A stretch of 64,000 bases of DNA. It comes from Pseudogymnoascus verrucosus (lineage: Eukaryota). Shown here in pieces: positions 24,208 through 36,935 of the stretch (within the stretch, counting starts at the first letter, position 1; every line of letters begins with the position of its first letter). Position numbers and translations under genes: made by a program. Location: assembly GCA_001662655.1 (NCBI GenBank), contig KV460284.1. One strand, written 5' to 3'. The notes under the pieces were generated by a model that searched no databases, was not told the origin of the DNA, and was given only the letters and a program-made list of their open reading frames with translations.

Positions 24208-26427
24208 GGGGTAATAGGGGGGGAAGGGATGGGGCGTTTGATTGTTGGGTCAGATGGAAATGTTTAGGGGTCTCATTGCTTGCGGGTTGTCTAGGTGGGG
24301 GGGTTGCGGCGATACCATTGCTCTTTTTTCTTGTGTTCCTTACGGGATGGATGGATGATTAGGAAGGGCCAACGACGTGTGTGCAGCGAGCGTTAAGCGT
24401 GGGTTATAGCTAGCGACTGAACTGAGGTTATTACAATTAGGTAGACGGATGAATGAATGGATGATGTTGAATCTATCAATAACGCGGTCTAGATATTTAT
24501 TTCATTTCTCCTCCGTTGTCGAAGCTGAAATATCGACGCCTCCTACCTCTTTAGCTAATATATAGCCTCTTAGTTTACCTCCCTCCCTGACAAAACATTT
24601 ATATTCACATTTACCTCCCTCAAACCCCCATCTCCCATCCCCACACTACAGCCTCATCCTCCCCTCCTCAACCCCCCCTGAACCTACACCACACCGTGCA
24701 CACCACAGCACGCACCACCAAAAAACCTACCGCTGCCTCGGCTGAAAACGAGCGTCCGTACTCGCGCGCTAGATCCCTCATTACGGGCACGGGGGCTCAG
24801 CACTTAGCCGTCTGTTCGTTTGGTCTACAGCATAGTGTTGGTCGTGTTGGTTGGAGGGAGTGGGGGGTTGGATTGGAGTGAGAGTGAGAGTGGTGAAGTG
24901 AGAGGTCACGTCCAACATGACCTCCCTCCCCTTACTTACTGTATGATATGGATGGTTACCTACCAGCCTTGTGTATGGGATTCCTGGTGACCACCTACCA
25001 TCACCACACGTCCTCCTTGCCTCCCACCACGCCAACCACCAACACCAACAGCCGCCTATCCCTACCCTACCCTACCGCCGTCCCCCGTACCCTGCCTCCC
25101 AACCGTCCCCCGTACCCTCTCCTCCACACCACGCCTCTCTCCCCAGCACCACCCCCCCTGTCCCTTTCCACCCGTTCCAACCCACACCACGCACCAACCC
25201 TCATTAGGCAAGCCTAAGCCACTTCCAACCCACTAACTCCAATTAGGCAAGCCCACGCCCCATCCCACGCACCACACCTCTCTCGTCCTAGCACACTTAA
25301 AAGGGTTTAGATAGTCTTGGAGGGGCATAGCAAGCCTTGGAACGGGACTAGGGGGGGAAGAAGGCGGGCTTTGTGGTGTGGGGAACTGACGTCATGACGG
25401 TGGAGGGTTGGGGTGGATGGATGGGGGATAGTGCGTGCGTTGGGTAGAGTGGGTAGGGTAGGGGAGGGCGGGTGTGGTGGTGGACCCCTGGCTGGTGGTG
25501 GTGGGAGGAGGGATGGATGAGGGTTTTTCTTGGAGGGGGAGGAGGAAGGGCGGTGGGAGGCTGGAGAAGGGAGGAAGGAAGGGGGGAGGCGGTATATGGG
25601 AGTGAGGGGGTGGGAGGAGAGTGTATGGGTGTAGGAATGGTATACTGATATACAAAACTCCACGCGCAGAAACTGGTTATATGTAGAGAGAATACACTCA
25701 CCCCATCACAGTCCACAGAGAACAAAGTATATACACCACACACACCCACCCCCCTTGCCTCTGCCACGAGTACCGTATCCCGTACCCCCCATCCCTAATC
25801 CAGTAATCACCCCTGCCCAGCCGGTGCGCGATTCAAGCTGTTCTTTGTCTTGTCTGTGCCGAGTGTGTGCTGTGCTACTGTGCTAAGAGAGTTGATTTGG
25901 CGCCTTCCATTTTTTTTGGCCCCTTTGCCGCCGTATCCACTGAGCGTGTGTGTATCTACATATCTACGCTACGGTATTCTACGGTGGATGTTTATTGGAA
26001 GTACTGTATAGTACGGCGTGGTGGTGTGTTTCGAAAGTGAGCGGGAAGGTGCATGGATGGACGGTTTGCCCGTTCTGGGTTAAAATAAGGGTCTACTGGT
26101 GTGTATGGATGTCGACAGTAGTTGCCTTCGTCTTACCGGATTAGGGGGGTTGTAGGAGGAGGGGAGGGTAGACTAGAGTACGGCTGTGGAATGGGAATGT
26201 GTAGGCGGCAGAAGCAGCAGGCAGGCAGACATCGCCTATGCACCACGCGGATGGAGATGTGATGTAGCTGCATGTGTGTGTGTATCAGATGGATGGTGCA
26301 TGTACATATATAGTATTGCATACTCGTACTCGAGAGTAGCCTTCCTGTCTCCGCCTTGTAAAGAGACAGTATACGGAGTATGATTTTCGTATAGTAGTAG
26401 AAGAGAGTCAGTTGCATGCTACACCGT

Positions 26428-26616
26428 AGTTGAGTCCTAAGGCAATAACCAAGTTAGTTGGCAAGAGTACAGTTGAATCCTAAGGCAACAACAGACGTTA
26501 AATCACTTCATCCCATCTTTTCACCAGTATGCGATGTTCGTATTGTAGAGAGTTAGGTAGTTAAGTCCTGAGCTATAAGGCAACACCACCTAAATCATTT
26601 CATCCCATCTTTTTCA
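26428..26616. repeat. Degenerate local direct-repeat cluster
   Basis: AGTTGAGTCCTAAGGCAA (26428), AGTTGAATCCTAAGGCAAC (26471) and a diverged third copy near 26560; TAAATCA(C/T)TTCATCCCATCTTTT at about 26499 and 26591. Confidence 0.75.
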
Positions 26617-27480
26617 TCTACCCACACCCACCACACCGACCAGCCACACACCACAGCCGCCTCCTCGTACCCGTCTAACCGTCTACCCGTCAAACCCTAC
26701 CCATCCCATCATCCTATCCCATCCCTAAAGAAAAACCCTGCCCGTTCCCACTCGGCCCTACCGCCGTACCGTACTTTGAGCCTTCCGTAGTGGCTTAGTG
26801 CTTAGTTTAGTGGTGCAGTTAGTGTTTTTTTACTGTGGTTGATAATTCGCATCACTGCAGTTTAGCGCACTGTTAGCCTGCTGTGTCTACCCTAATTCAC
26901 TGTACGGGGTCCTTTTTGCGCCAAAACTTCACCGAGGGCGGAGGGAACAGGTGTACTCGTTACTCGCTGTATAGGACACTTCAACACCACAGTCCGGAGT
27001 TTACAGCCCAGCGTCAATCAATCCTCCCATACACTGCACAGTACTGTACACTCCTCCTGTACGGTACTCTATACACTGTACATCAACCAGTACCTTTTTC
27101 ATGGCACCACAGCATTGGCGCCATCGCGAACAGAGACGACCCTTCAAGCTGGCCGAGTAGACTTGAGGATATTCACAATACCCCCCCGTCTACACCAGCC
27201 TCAGATAGACCCTGTCTCTGTGTCTGTGCTGCGCTGTGCTATACTGTGTTTCCGTTGTGTTGCCCTGCCTTGGCTTGGGGAACTTTGTTGCCTCCAATTC
27301 CCACTCTCCCCTTCGCCAAACAGGCCTGGTCTGCCGCCCGTCCCCCCACCCCCGATTCGGAAAAGGGCATTTCCTCCCGGCAGCCTTGACGACCACCGGC
27401 TCGCGTTCCCTTTGTACAATTCACCCTGCCACAACCGGTGCGCACGCCTGAACACCAGGTGTCCACGACGACGACCCCAC

Positions 27481-27510
27481 GAAGAAGACGAAGAAGAAGA
27501 AGAAGAAGAC
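27481..27510 (+). repeat. (GAA)n microsatellite in the putative NIK1 5' leader
   Basis: GAAGAAGACGAAGAAGAAGAAGAAGAAGAC. Confidence 0.8.
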
Positions 27511-27900
27511 GACCGACCGACGCAGAGACGACGAATCGGCTGCTTTCTTCGCCTCTTGCCATCTACCACCATCGACTAGGCTTGGGCTTCTTCGATCGAA
27601 CTTGTCGATACCAACAACTCGAAAAAGAGAGAGAGAGACTGAGAGAGACCGTAGGGGCCCCTGCTTCCCTGAGGCGAGTGAGCCGGGCGCGGGTACTGAC
27701 ATTCGAGGTGCAGGGTAGAAATACTTGGAACCATCGATCTCCTACGAACAGAGCGGCAAAGGTCGGAAAGACGAACGACTCTCCAAAAAGTACCATCGCG
27801 AAAACAAAGAAACATCTCCCCCCCCGACAGACAACCATATCACTGCAAATTTTGCATCATCGCCTAGCCTTTGTGGCAGGCCATCCATCGTTCGGACATC

Positions 27901-30900
27901 ATGACCGACGATGCGGCACTTGCTGCTGCGACCGCCTACATTCAAAGCCTGGCCACCTCGCCCACAGGTCTTTCAGCCTTGAAAGCATCCCGTAAAGATG
28001 CAGACACTAATGGCATTGAAGAGATCCACCTGCCTGGCTCGTCAACGCCGGCCAAGCACGCCCTGGAGCGCGAGCTGACGTCGCTCGCCAAGCGGGTGCG
28101 CTTCCTGGAGTCCAACGCCGCCGCGTCCTCAAAGGACCACCTCATGCCCGATACCCCTAATGATAGCATCGACTCCTCCCCCGCCGATGACATTATCCCG
28201 ACGGCTTCGACGAGCGCCGCGCGCGAGAAGATCGTGTCGACGCTGCTGGCGTCGCGGGAGAGCCCGGCGGGGCAAAGCACAGTCACCTACACCAAGCTGA
28301 GCAGCGAGCAGCTGGAGGCGCTGCGCGAGCACGTTGACCACCAGTCTGGGCAGCTCGAGAGCCAGAAGCTCGAGCTTGCCAGCGTCAACGCACAGCTGTT
28401 GAGGCAGAAGCAGCTGCAGGAGAAGGCGCTCAAGGCCGTTGAGGTCGAGCGCGTCAATGCCCTCGAGCGCGAGCTCAAGAAGCATCAGCAGGCCAATGAG
28501 GCTTTCCAGAAGGCGTTGCGGGAGATTGGAGAGATTGTTACGGCGGTTGCGAGGGGTGACCTGAGCAAGAAGGTGCAGATTCACTCGGTGGAGATGGACC
28601 CTGAAATCACAACGTTCAAGCGCACTATCAACACTATGATGGACCAGCTGCAGGTCTTCTCCAGCGAGGTGTCTCGTGTGGCGAGGGAGGTCGGAACGGA
28701 GGGTATGCTTGGTGGACAGGCGCAGATTAGCGGCGTGGACGGGACGTGGAAGGAGCTGACGAAGAATGTCAACGTTATGGCGCAGAATCTTACGGATCAA
28801 GTGCGTGAGATTGCCGCGGTCACGACGGCTGTCGCGCATGGAGATCTTACGCAGAAGATTGAGAGGCCCGCGCAGGGAGAGATCTTACAGCTACAGCAGA
28901 CTATCAATACCATGGTGGATCAACTCAGGACGTTCGCAGCAGAGGTTACTCGCGTCGCGCGCGATGTCGGCACGGAGGGTATTCTCGGCGGGCAGGCAGA
29001 GATCGAGGGCGTCAAGGGCATGTGGAATACGCTGACGGTTAATGTGAACGCCATGGCGAACAATCTCACGACGCAGGTGCGCGATATTGCAATGGTTACG
29101 ACGGCTGTCGCCAAGGGTGATCTCACGCAGAAGGTGCAGGCCGAGTGTAAGGGTGAGATTTTCGAGCTCAAGTCTACGATAAATTCCATGGTGGACCAGC
29201 TGCAGCAGTTCGCGCGGGAAGTCACGAAGATTGCGAGAGAGGTCGGAACAGAGGGTAGGCTAGGTGGGCAGGCTACCGTGCATGATGTCGAGGGCACGTG
29301 GAGGGACCTCACCGAAAACGTGAACGGAATGGCCATGAACCTGACGACGCAGGTGAGAGAGATTGCAAAGGTCACGACTGCCGTCGCCAAGGGCGACCTG
29401 ACGGAGAAGATCGGCGTCGAGGTCAGGGGAGAGATTCTGGATCTGAAGATTACTATCAATACCATGGTGGACAAGCTGAGTATATTCGCCTTCGAGGTGA
29501 GCAAGGTGGCGCGAGAGGTCGGCACGGATGGTACGCTGGGCGGCCAGGCCAAGGTCGAGAATGTGGAGGGCAAGTGGAAGGACCTCACCGAGAACGTCAA
29601 CACCATGGCGTCGAATTTAACGTCGCAGGTGAGAGGTATTTCGACCGTTACGCAGGCTATCGCGAACGGCGACATGAGCCAGAAGATTGAGGTCGAGGCC
29701 GCGGGAGAGATCCTGGTGCTCCGTGAGACGATAAATAACATGGTCGACCGTCTGTCGATCTTCAGTAACGAGATCCAGCGCGTGGCGAAGGATGTCGGTG
29801 TTGACGGCAAGATGGGCGGTCAGGCAGATGTGGCGGGCATCGGCGGAAGGTGGAAGGAGATTACAACGGATGTCAACACCATGGCTATGAACTTGACGGC
29901 GCAGGTGAGAGCCTTTGGCGACATCACGAACGCGGCGACGGATGGCGACTTCACGAAGTTGATCACGGTCGAGGCGTCGGGTGAGATGGACGAGCTGAAG
30001 CGCAAGATCAACCAGATGGTGTTTAACCTGAGAGAATCGATTCAGAGGAACACGGCTGCCAGGGAGGCGGCCGAGATGGCCAATAGGACCAAGTCCGAGT
30101 TCTTGGCCAATATGTCCCACGAGATCCGAACGCCCATGAACGGTATCATCGGTATGACGCAGCTTACGCTTGACACGGACCTTACGCAGTATCAGCGTGA
30201 GATGTTGAACATTGTGCACAACCTTGCTAACAGTCTGCTCACAATCATCGATGACATCCTCGATTTGTCGAAGATCGAGGCGAACCGCATGGTGATGGAG
30301 GAGATCCCATACTCGGTGCGAAGCATCGTGTTCAATGCGCTCAAGACGCTCGCCGTCAAGGCCAACGAGAAGTTCCTCGACCTGACCTACCGCGTCGACA
30401 GCTCGGTGCCTGATCACGTCGTCGGAGACTCGTTCCGTCTGCGCCAGGTCATCCTGAACTTGGTCGGTAACGCCATCAAGTTCACCGAGAACGGCGAGGT
30501 CAGCCTGACGATCCGCAAGGCAGACCAGGATAACTGCGAGCACAACGAGTACGCCATCGAGTTCTCGGTGTCGGACACGGGTATCGGTATCCAGGCCGAC
30601 AAGCTGGATCTTATCTTCGACACGTTCCAGCAGGCTGATGGATCGATGACGCGTAAGTTCGGTGGTACGGGACTGGGTCTGTCGATTTCGAAGCGCCTCG
30701 TTAACCTGATGCGTGGTGACGTGTGGGTTAAGAGCACGTACGGCAAGGGCAGTTCCTTCTTCTTCACGTGCACGGTGCGCCTGGCTACGTCGGACATCAG
30801 CTTCATCGAGAAGGCGCTCAAGCCGTATCAAGGCCACCAGGTGCTGTTCATCGACAAGGGCGAGACGGGACACGGCAAGGAGATCAGTTCCATGTTGTCG

Positions 30901-32169
30901 CAGATTGGTCTCGAGCCTGTGGTTGTGGAGTCGGATAGCCACTCGGACCTCATGCAGGCGGGCCGCCCGGCCAACCACCCATCCAACTACGACGTCGTCA
31001 TCGTCGACTCTATCGAGACTGGCCGCAGACTCAGGTCGATCGATGAGTTCAAGTACATCCCTATTGTGCTACTGGCGCCTGTCGTGCATGTTAGCCTCAA
31101 GTCGGCTTTGGATCTGGGTATCACGTCGTACATGACGACGCCTTGCCAGACCATCGATTTGGGTAATGGTATGATTCCTGCGCTGGAGAACCGTGCGATG
31201 CCGTCGTTGGCGGATAATACGAAGAGCTTCGATATTCTGTTGGCTGAAGACAATGTTGTCAACCAACGGTTGGCGGTCAAGATCCTCGAGAAATACCATC
31301 ACGTCGTGACGGTGGTGGGTAATGGACTTGAGGCGCTTGAGGCCATCAAGCTGAAGAGATACGATTGCATCCTTATGGATGTGCAGATGCCTATTATGGT
31401 ATGTCCTCTCTAACCCCTCCCCCTTTCCATCCCATCCACCCTGGCAAAAAAACGATCCCCACCCCCCTCCCCACCCACCACGAAAAACTAACCCTAACCT
31501 TCTCCCCAGGGCGGCTTCGAAGCCACCGCCAAGATCCGCGAATACGAATACAACATCGGCACCACGCGCACCCCCATCATCGCCCTAACCGCGCACGCCA
31601 TGCTCGGCGACCGCGAAAAGTGCATCCAAGCCCAAATGGACGAATACCTCTCCAAACCCCTCAAGCAAAACCACCTCATCCAAACGATCCTCAAATGCGC
31701 CACCCTCGGCGGTCAGCTCCTCGAGAAGGGCCGCGAACCCCGCCAATCCACCAAAGAAGAGAAACCTACCAAGATCGGGCCGCCCGTCAAGGCGCCGCAG
31801 CCACTGAGCCCGCTCAGCCCCGGGGCCAAGAAGAAGGCGGAGATCAAGTCGGGGGGGAAGGGGAATATTCCCCTCGAAAACGGGGGGAGGTCAGCGCGCT
31901 CGCCGGCTGCGGCTGGTGCGAGCGCGAGCCCGGGACCGGGGAAGGGGGAGGAGGGAAGTCCGGCGAAGGAGGGTGATGATCCGCTTGCGAGGGTGAGTAG
32001 CGTTGCCGTTCGCCCCGCCGTGGCTGCCGCAGCTGCCAACGATCGCCGCCGCCGGGAGACGGACGCGGCGGCTCCGTCGGAGGCTGCGTCGGCTGCGAAG
32101 AAGAGGAAGGTTGGCTAATCTCTTGGGGTTGTTTTCTTGTAGTTGTTGATGCGCGCGCATGGTAGTTGA
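27901..32169 (+). CDS. NIK1: Group III hybrid histidine kinase (Nik1/Os-1/Bos1 type); exons 27901-31398, 31510-31992, 32143-32169
   Basis: Six poly-HAMP units at about 92-aa spacing; H-box [17 protein letters not shown]1/F/G2 boxes ([30 protein letters not shown]); degenerate plus intact receiver (LAEDN...LMDVQMP|GGFEAT...KP). The final intron GTGAGT(31993)...GCTAAT...TAG(32142) gives the C-terminus [13 protein letters not shown]. Confidence 0.95.
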
Positions 32170-33364
32170 AAGATGAAAAACTTGAAAACTGAACCCCTCT
32201 TTTGTTTTGGAAAAGGGGGGGGGGATGTTCTTTTTCTTGTTCTTTCTGGTTCGAGCGATTATTTTTCTACGAGCGAACGATACGAGACAACTTGTTATGG
32301 TGGGGGGAGGGGCGTTTTTATTCGAGACGAGGATGGGGAGGTTGATGGGGAGCAGGGCGTGCGTGCATGTCATCTGCGGGCGTTTTTTTGTTTGTCGAAT
32401 TTTCTGGCGGGGAAGGGATGGGGTGCGTGTTTGGTTTTTGAACCCCTTTCGAACAGGGGATATGGGAATGAAACGTTATGGGGTGGGCGGGGACTGGCTA
32501 CGGGGGTGGGGGGGTCTTTCACGCTTGCTATATTTCCCTGTGGTTATTTTTTGTTTGGTGTTAATGTTTTTTTGAACGAGTTTTTGTGCTGTTTGTTTGA
32601 GTGTTGTTCTTGCGTTGATGTTTGTTGTTTTTGTTGTTGTTGCTATTTTTGGATGATGAGGTAATCTAGGGGATGGATGGATGAGGGATGGATTATATAC
32701 CTGATATTAGTTGTGGTTGGCTCGTCTGAAGTGGGGAGGGGGTGGTTGGGATGAGATGAGATGAGATTGGGGATGTGGCATCTGCTTTTCCTAGCTTGAT
32801 GGTTCAAGAGGCTTTATGGCTCTGCGACGGGGAAGGGGCAGACAGATTATTGTACGGATTATTATGGGTTATATGGGTATATGGATGGATAGGGAATATT
32901 GAAATCGTTCCGACTACTTTCTTTTCTTTCTTCCATCCCCCTTTTCATTGTTGTGAAGCTCGTTCGTATCTTTCTCGTACTGTTTATCTAGAAGAGCGTG
33001 CGCGTATACGATCTCACTGCTTCCTTATCTCCACCCACCCACCACCAGCCAGTCAGTCAGTCAGTGTCAGTCAATCAGCCAGCTCTATATAACCCCCCCC
33101 CTCACCCTCCTCGTCTCATACCCCATAAGTGCTTATAGTGCGTGCTCGAATCTTCCAAACGCCATTTCCCCCGCCCCACTCCGCTCGTCCTCCCAAGACG
33201 TGTCAAGACGTGTCACTGCCAATCCCACACACACGGACAAAATCACGGCTCTTCCCTAACACCGACAAAAAAAAACGTGCTCACGTAAGACACCCTGCGA
33301 AAATCTCAAGCTAACCAGATCTGCGCTATTACGGCGTCTACAAGGTTTTCGGCGTGAGTAATAC

Positions 33365-33378
33365 TCGGGAAGTTCCGA
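33365..33378. promoter_or_regulatory. Candidate Zn2Cys6 binding site TCGG-N6-CCGA upstream of the MFS gene
   Basis: TCGGGAAGTTCCGA matches the Ppr1/UaY-type consensus. Further CGG/CCG triplets nearby and an inverted repeat CCGCCGA-G-TCGGCGG at 33732-33746. Confidence 0.4.
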
Positions 33379-34090
33379 AGAAAGCTACCACCGACAGACA
33401 GCTTTCGGAAGTTATTTAAACGTCCGGTGGTGGGTGCGCAAAGTCCACAAAGTCCGAAACCACCACCCACCCACCCAACTGATTTAACCTTTTGACTGCT
33501 GGCAGGTAGACAAGCATTGCTTGTCTGCTACTTAAGTCCGACGGGGCGGGTTTTAGAGGGGCTGTTGTGACAAAGCTTATTAATACCATGGACGATCTCT
33601 GTTGACGCGATTCGGTATCAGCCGGTGGTTGGTTGATGTGGGTGGCGGATTTAAGGAGTACCTGGGTTTTGGCACAGCGAACTGGCGTGTGTGGTGGGTT
33701 TAAGGCTTACTTACTACGTCAGCCGCCATGTCCGCCGAGTCGGCGGTGGTGGTGTTTGTTATCAGATATCCATAATTAATCTCACCGCGTATACCAACCA
33801 GCGCGCGAGGTTTGACAGTAAGTATGTAAGCTGACCGGAGATGGAAGATAGGTTAGGTCCGATGGGTGTTTGGGATTGAATAATCCAAGACCCACGCTGG
33901 GGTTCATATTTCCTTTAATACCTCCCGTGAGATTGTTGTTTGGGTTGTTTGTAGATACTTCACTTATTCCACGCTCACCATTCCGCTAGTATAGGAACAA
34001 TACGAAAGAGGATTCTTACTACTCTACTGTGTTAACTGTTTCTTAATAAGGGATTGGGATTGAGCAAGTCGACTAAAGAGAGATATTATA

Positions 34091-36120
34091 ATGGCTGCTC
34101 TCAAGGCACACGATGACCTGAGGGCAGACGGTTTGGGGTCGGAGGTTAATACGATTGTGGACAACAACGAGCATTACGCTGAGAAAATGGATGGCGATGC
34201 GGAAAACACGGATTTCGAAGCTGAGAAGACAGATGTCGATAGTAGTTCTGGGAATGCAGTCGGAGTTTTACCAGAGGATACCCTCTCACCGAGCGACTAC
34301 CCTGAGGGCCTCCAATTCTTCTTCATCCTCATTGCTCTCATCCTGTCGATCTTCATGGTTGCGCTGGACTTGGTACGTGTTCCTTCTTTCCTTCCCCCCA
34401 TTCTCTTTCTTCTGATAACAAGAGTGCGAGTGCTGATATTTTTAATCCTGCAGACTATCGTAGCAACAGCCATCCCAAAGATCACAGATCAATTCCACAG
34501 CGTTTCGGAGATTGGATGGTACGGCTCGGCCTTCTTCCTCACTGTAGCTTCATTCACCTCGCCCTGGGGCAAGCTCTTCAAGTACTTCCCCCTCAAGTGG
34601 GCATACCTCGTCGCAGTCTTCATCTTCGAATTAGGCAGTCTCATCTGTGGTACGTATCTGCGCATCCCCAAGAGTTGACATACCCCTTAAGCTAACCACC
34701 ACCTCCAGCCGTCGCCCCAAACAGCACTGCCTTAATCGTCGGACGTGCCATTGCTGGTCTCGGCGCTGCCGGTGTTGCGTCTGGCGCATTCATTCTCGTC
34801 GCTTTCCTCGCTCCGCCAGAGAAGCGTCCCGCATATCTAGGTATCATTGGTGCCTCCTACGGTATCTCCGCTGTCATCGGCCCGCTGCTAGGTGGTGTGT
34901 TCACCGAGCGCCTTTCGTGGAGATGGTGTTTCTACATGTAAGAACCCTCTCTCTGCTCCCACAACAAGAACGAACAAAGTCCTAACCCCACCCAGTAACC
35001 TCCCCGTCGGCGGCGTAGCCGCCGCAATCCTCTTCTTCTTCTTCAAGCTCCCCGCCCACGTCAAGCCCGCCGAAGCGACCTTCCGCGAGAAAATGCTCCA
35101 ACTCGACCCCACGGGCATAGTCCTCATCCTCTGCGCCGTGATCTGCTACGTCCTCGCCCTGCAATGGGGCGGCGTCTCCCTGCCCTGGAACGACTCCAAA
35201 GTCATCGGCCTCTTCGTCGGGTTCGCCCTCCTCATGATCGCCTTCGGTTTCAACGAGTGGTGGTTAGGTGAGCGCGCCATGTTGCCGCCGCGGTTGTTGA
35301 AGAATAGGTATATTTGGCAGGGCATGGCGTACTCGTTTACCATCGCGGGGACGTACTTCTTGGTCCTGTATTATTTGCCGATTTACTTCCAGGTCATCGA
35401 TAATGTGTCGCCTATTCAGAGTGGAGTGAGGAATTTGCCGCTGATTCTGGCGATTACGCTTTCGACTATCATTTCGGGGGTGGGAATTACTGTTACGCGA
35501 CGCGCGATGCCGTTTATGGCTGTTGCGGGTGTCTTGACGACTATTGGAGTTGGATTGCTTTACACGCTTGATATCGGCACTGGGTCGTCGAAGTGGATTG
35601 GATACCAGGTCCTCGCTGGTCTCGGTCTTGGGTTGGGCTTCCAGGTTCCTGTCTCTGCTGCTCAGGCGACTTTGCCGCAGATTGACATCCCCTCTGGATC
35701 AGCTATGATTATCTGTAAGTCCCCCAGCGCTCCTCGTTCATAACCTGTATCAGAAGCTCATACTAACACCCCCCAGTCGTCCAAACCATCGGCGGCGCCT
35801 TCCTCGTCTCAGCCGGCCAAAGCGCCTTCGTCGCCAAACTCAGCGAATACCTCCTCCAGTCCGACGCAGCCATCAGCCCGGCCAAGGTCATCGCAACGGG
35901 CGCGACGGTCATCCGGACAACGTTTACCGCTACGGAGGTGCCGATTATCCTGAGGGCGTACGTGAAGGGTATCCAGACCGCGTTTATTGTGTCGATTGCG
36001 TTGGCGGGTGCGTCTACGATTATTGCGTTTGCGGCGAGTTGGGGGACGTTGGAACCGGCGGCGGGAGAGGGGGAGGCGCCGAGGGTGGAGAAGGAGGGGG
36101 AGCCGAAGGAGGTGGTGTAG
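34091..36120 (+). CDS. MFS efflux transporter, 14-TM DHA2 (GliA/AflT-like); exons 34091-34372, 34454-34649, 34709-34937, 34996-35714, 35777-36120
   Basis: [62 protein letters not shown] and YYLPIYFQ motifs. Four canonical introns restore one frame. Confidence 0.92.
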
Positions 36121-36754
36121 GTGTTGGGGTGGTGGTATGCACGGCGGACTTTTGATTTGTGGAAATAGAATGTAGATGGGATTCGGGAAGACACTCTCCT
36201 TATAATATCTTATTAATTTGGCATGGAAGCGGGGTATATACGGGTTTAATAGAATGGAAATGGCATGAGCCGATGATTAGCTATGAGGGACTGCTTTTGA
36301 AACATGGGTGTTCTGTTTTCCTTCGAATATTCGGTGGAGGCTGTTTGAAGAAGGAGAAGTTACACGATGAAAAGGAGGGGTTTGTACGGCAGAAGGAAGC
36401 CGACAAGAGGGGGACGAGAACAATGGAGACAGAGATAACACGTAAAGGAAGCAAATACCATTCACGGCTAAGTGCCTAAAACAAGGGAAAGGTATTAATG
36501 CTCGCAAGGGTTCTCTGGAAATCAACATGGGAAAGTTGAAAACGAGTAATCGGAGAGGTTAATTAAGCTCAAGACAGCCCATAAGGAAGGTCTCATTAGG
36601 ATCAATCGGAAGTAACGCAGTGAGCTTGCCAAGCCGATTGGTCCATTACGGGGGGTGGTGGTACGAAGATCATGGGAACGGCCAGGGCTACGTTGGGGAT
36701 GGTACTGGGGGATGGTTGGGCACAGGGGGCATTACTCAGGCACCTGACATTTTC

Positions 36755-36935
36755 GGACATGCTAGCCGGCGAGGTTTATCAGACTGCCGATCAGAAGTAT
36801 GGGGTAGGGAGCTTGAGGGATATATGTGCGGAGGAAACTCTCCGTGGTTTATGTATGACTGAGATCGAGGTTTGGGTGTGAGGGAGGTTATACCAGGTCT
36901 CTTATGGGAGCGATCCTAGACTGTAGATATTTTAT
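36755..36935 (+). pseudogene. Possible decayed BTB/BACK-like gene fragment
   Basis: Frame reads EVYQTADQKYGVGSLRDICAEETLRGLCMTEIEVWV*GRLYQVSYGSDPRL*IF, resembling the post-BTB helical pattern (vY..ADKY....L......Y.....D..LR). Pattern recognition only. Confidence 0.25.

Noticed and set aside
24990..25640. Long inverted repeat or MITE
   Set aside because: Complementarity is only compositional (C-rich vs G-rich); no extended exact arms or TSD.
26428..26616. Repeat-spacer-like pattern as a CRISPR array
   Set aside because: Eukaryotic context, only 2-3 degenerate copies, irregular spacing, no cas genes.
28500..30030. ~276-bp periodic nucleotide repeats
   Set aside because: Explained by the poly-HAMP coding repeats of NIK1; not a mobile element or array.
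31600..32118. 172-aa ORF as an independent gene
   Set aside because: It is NIK1 exon 2 plus read-through of the terminal intron.
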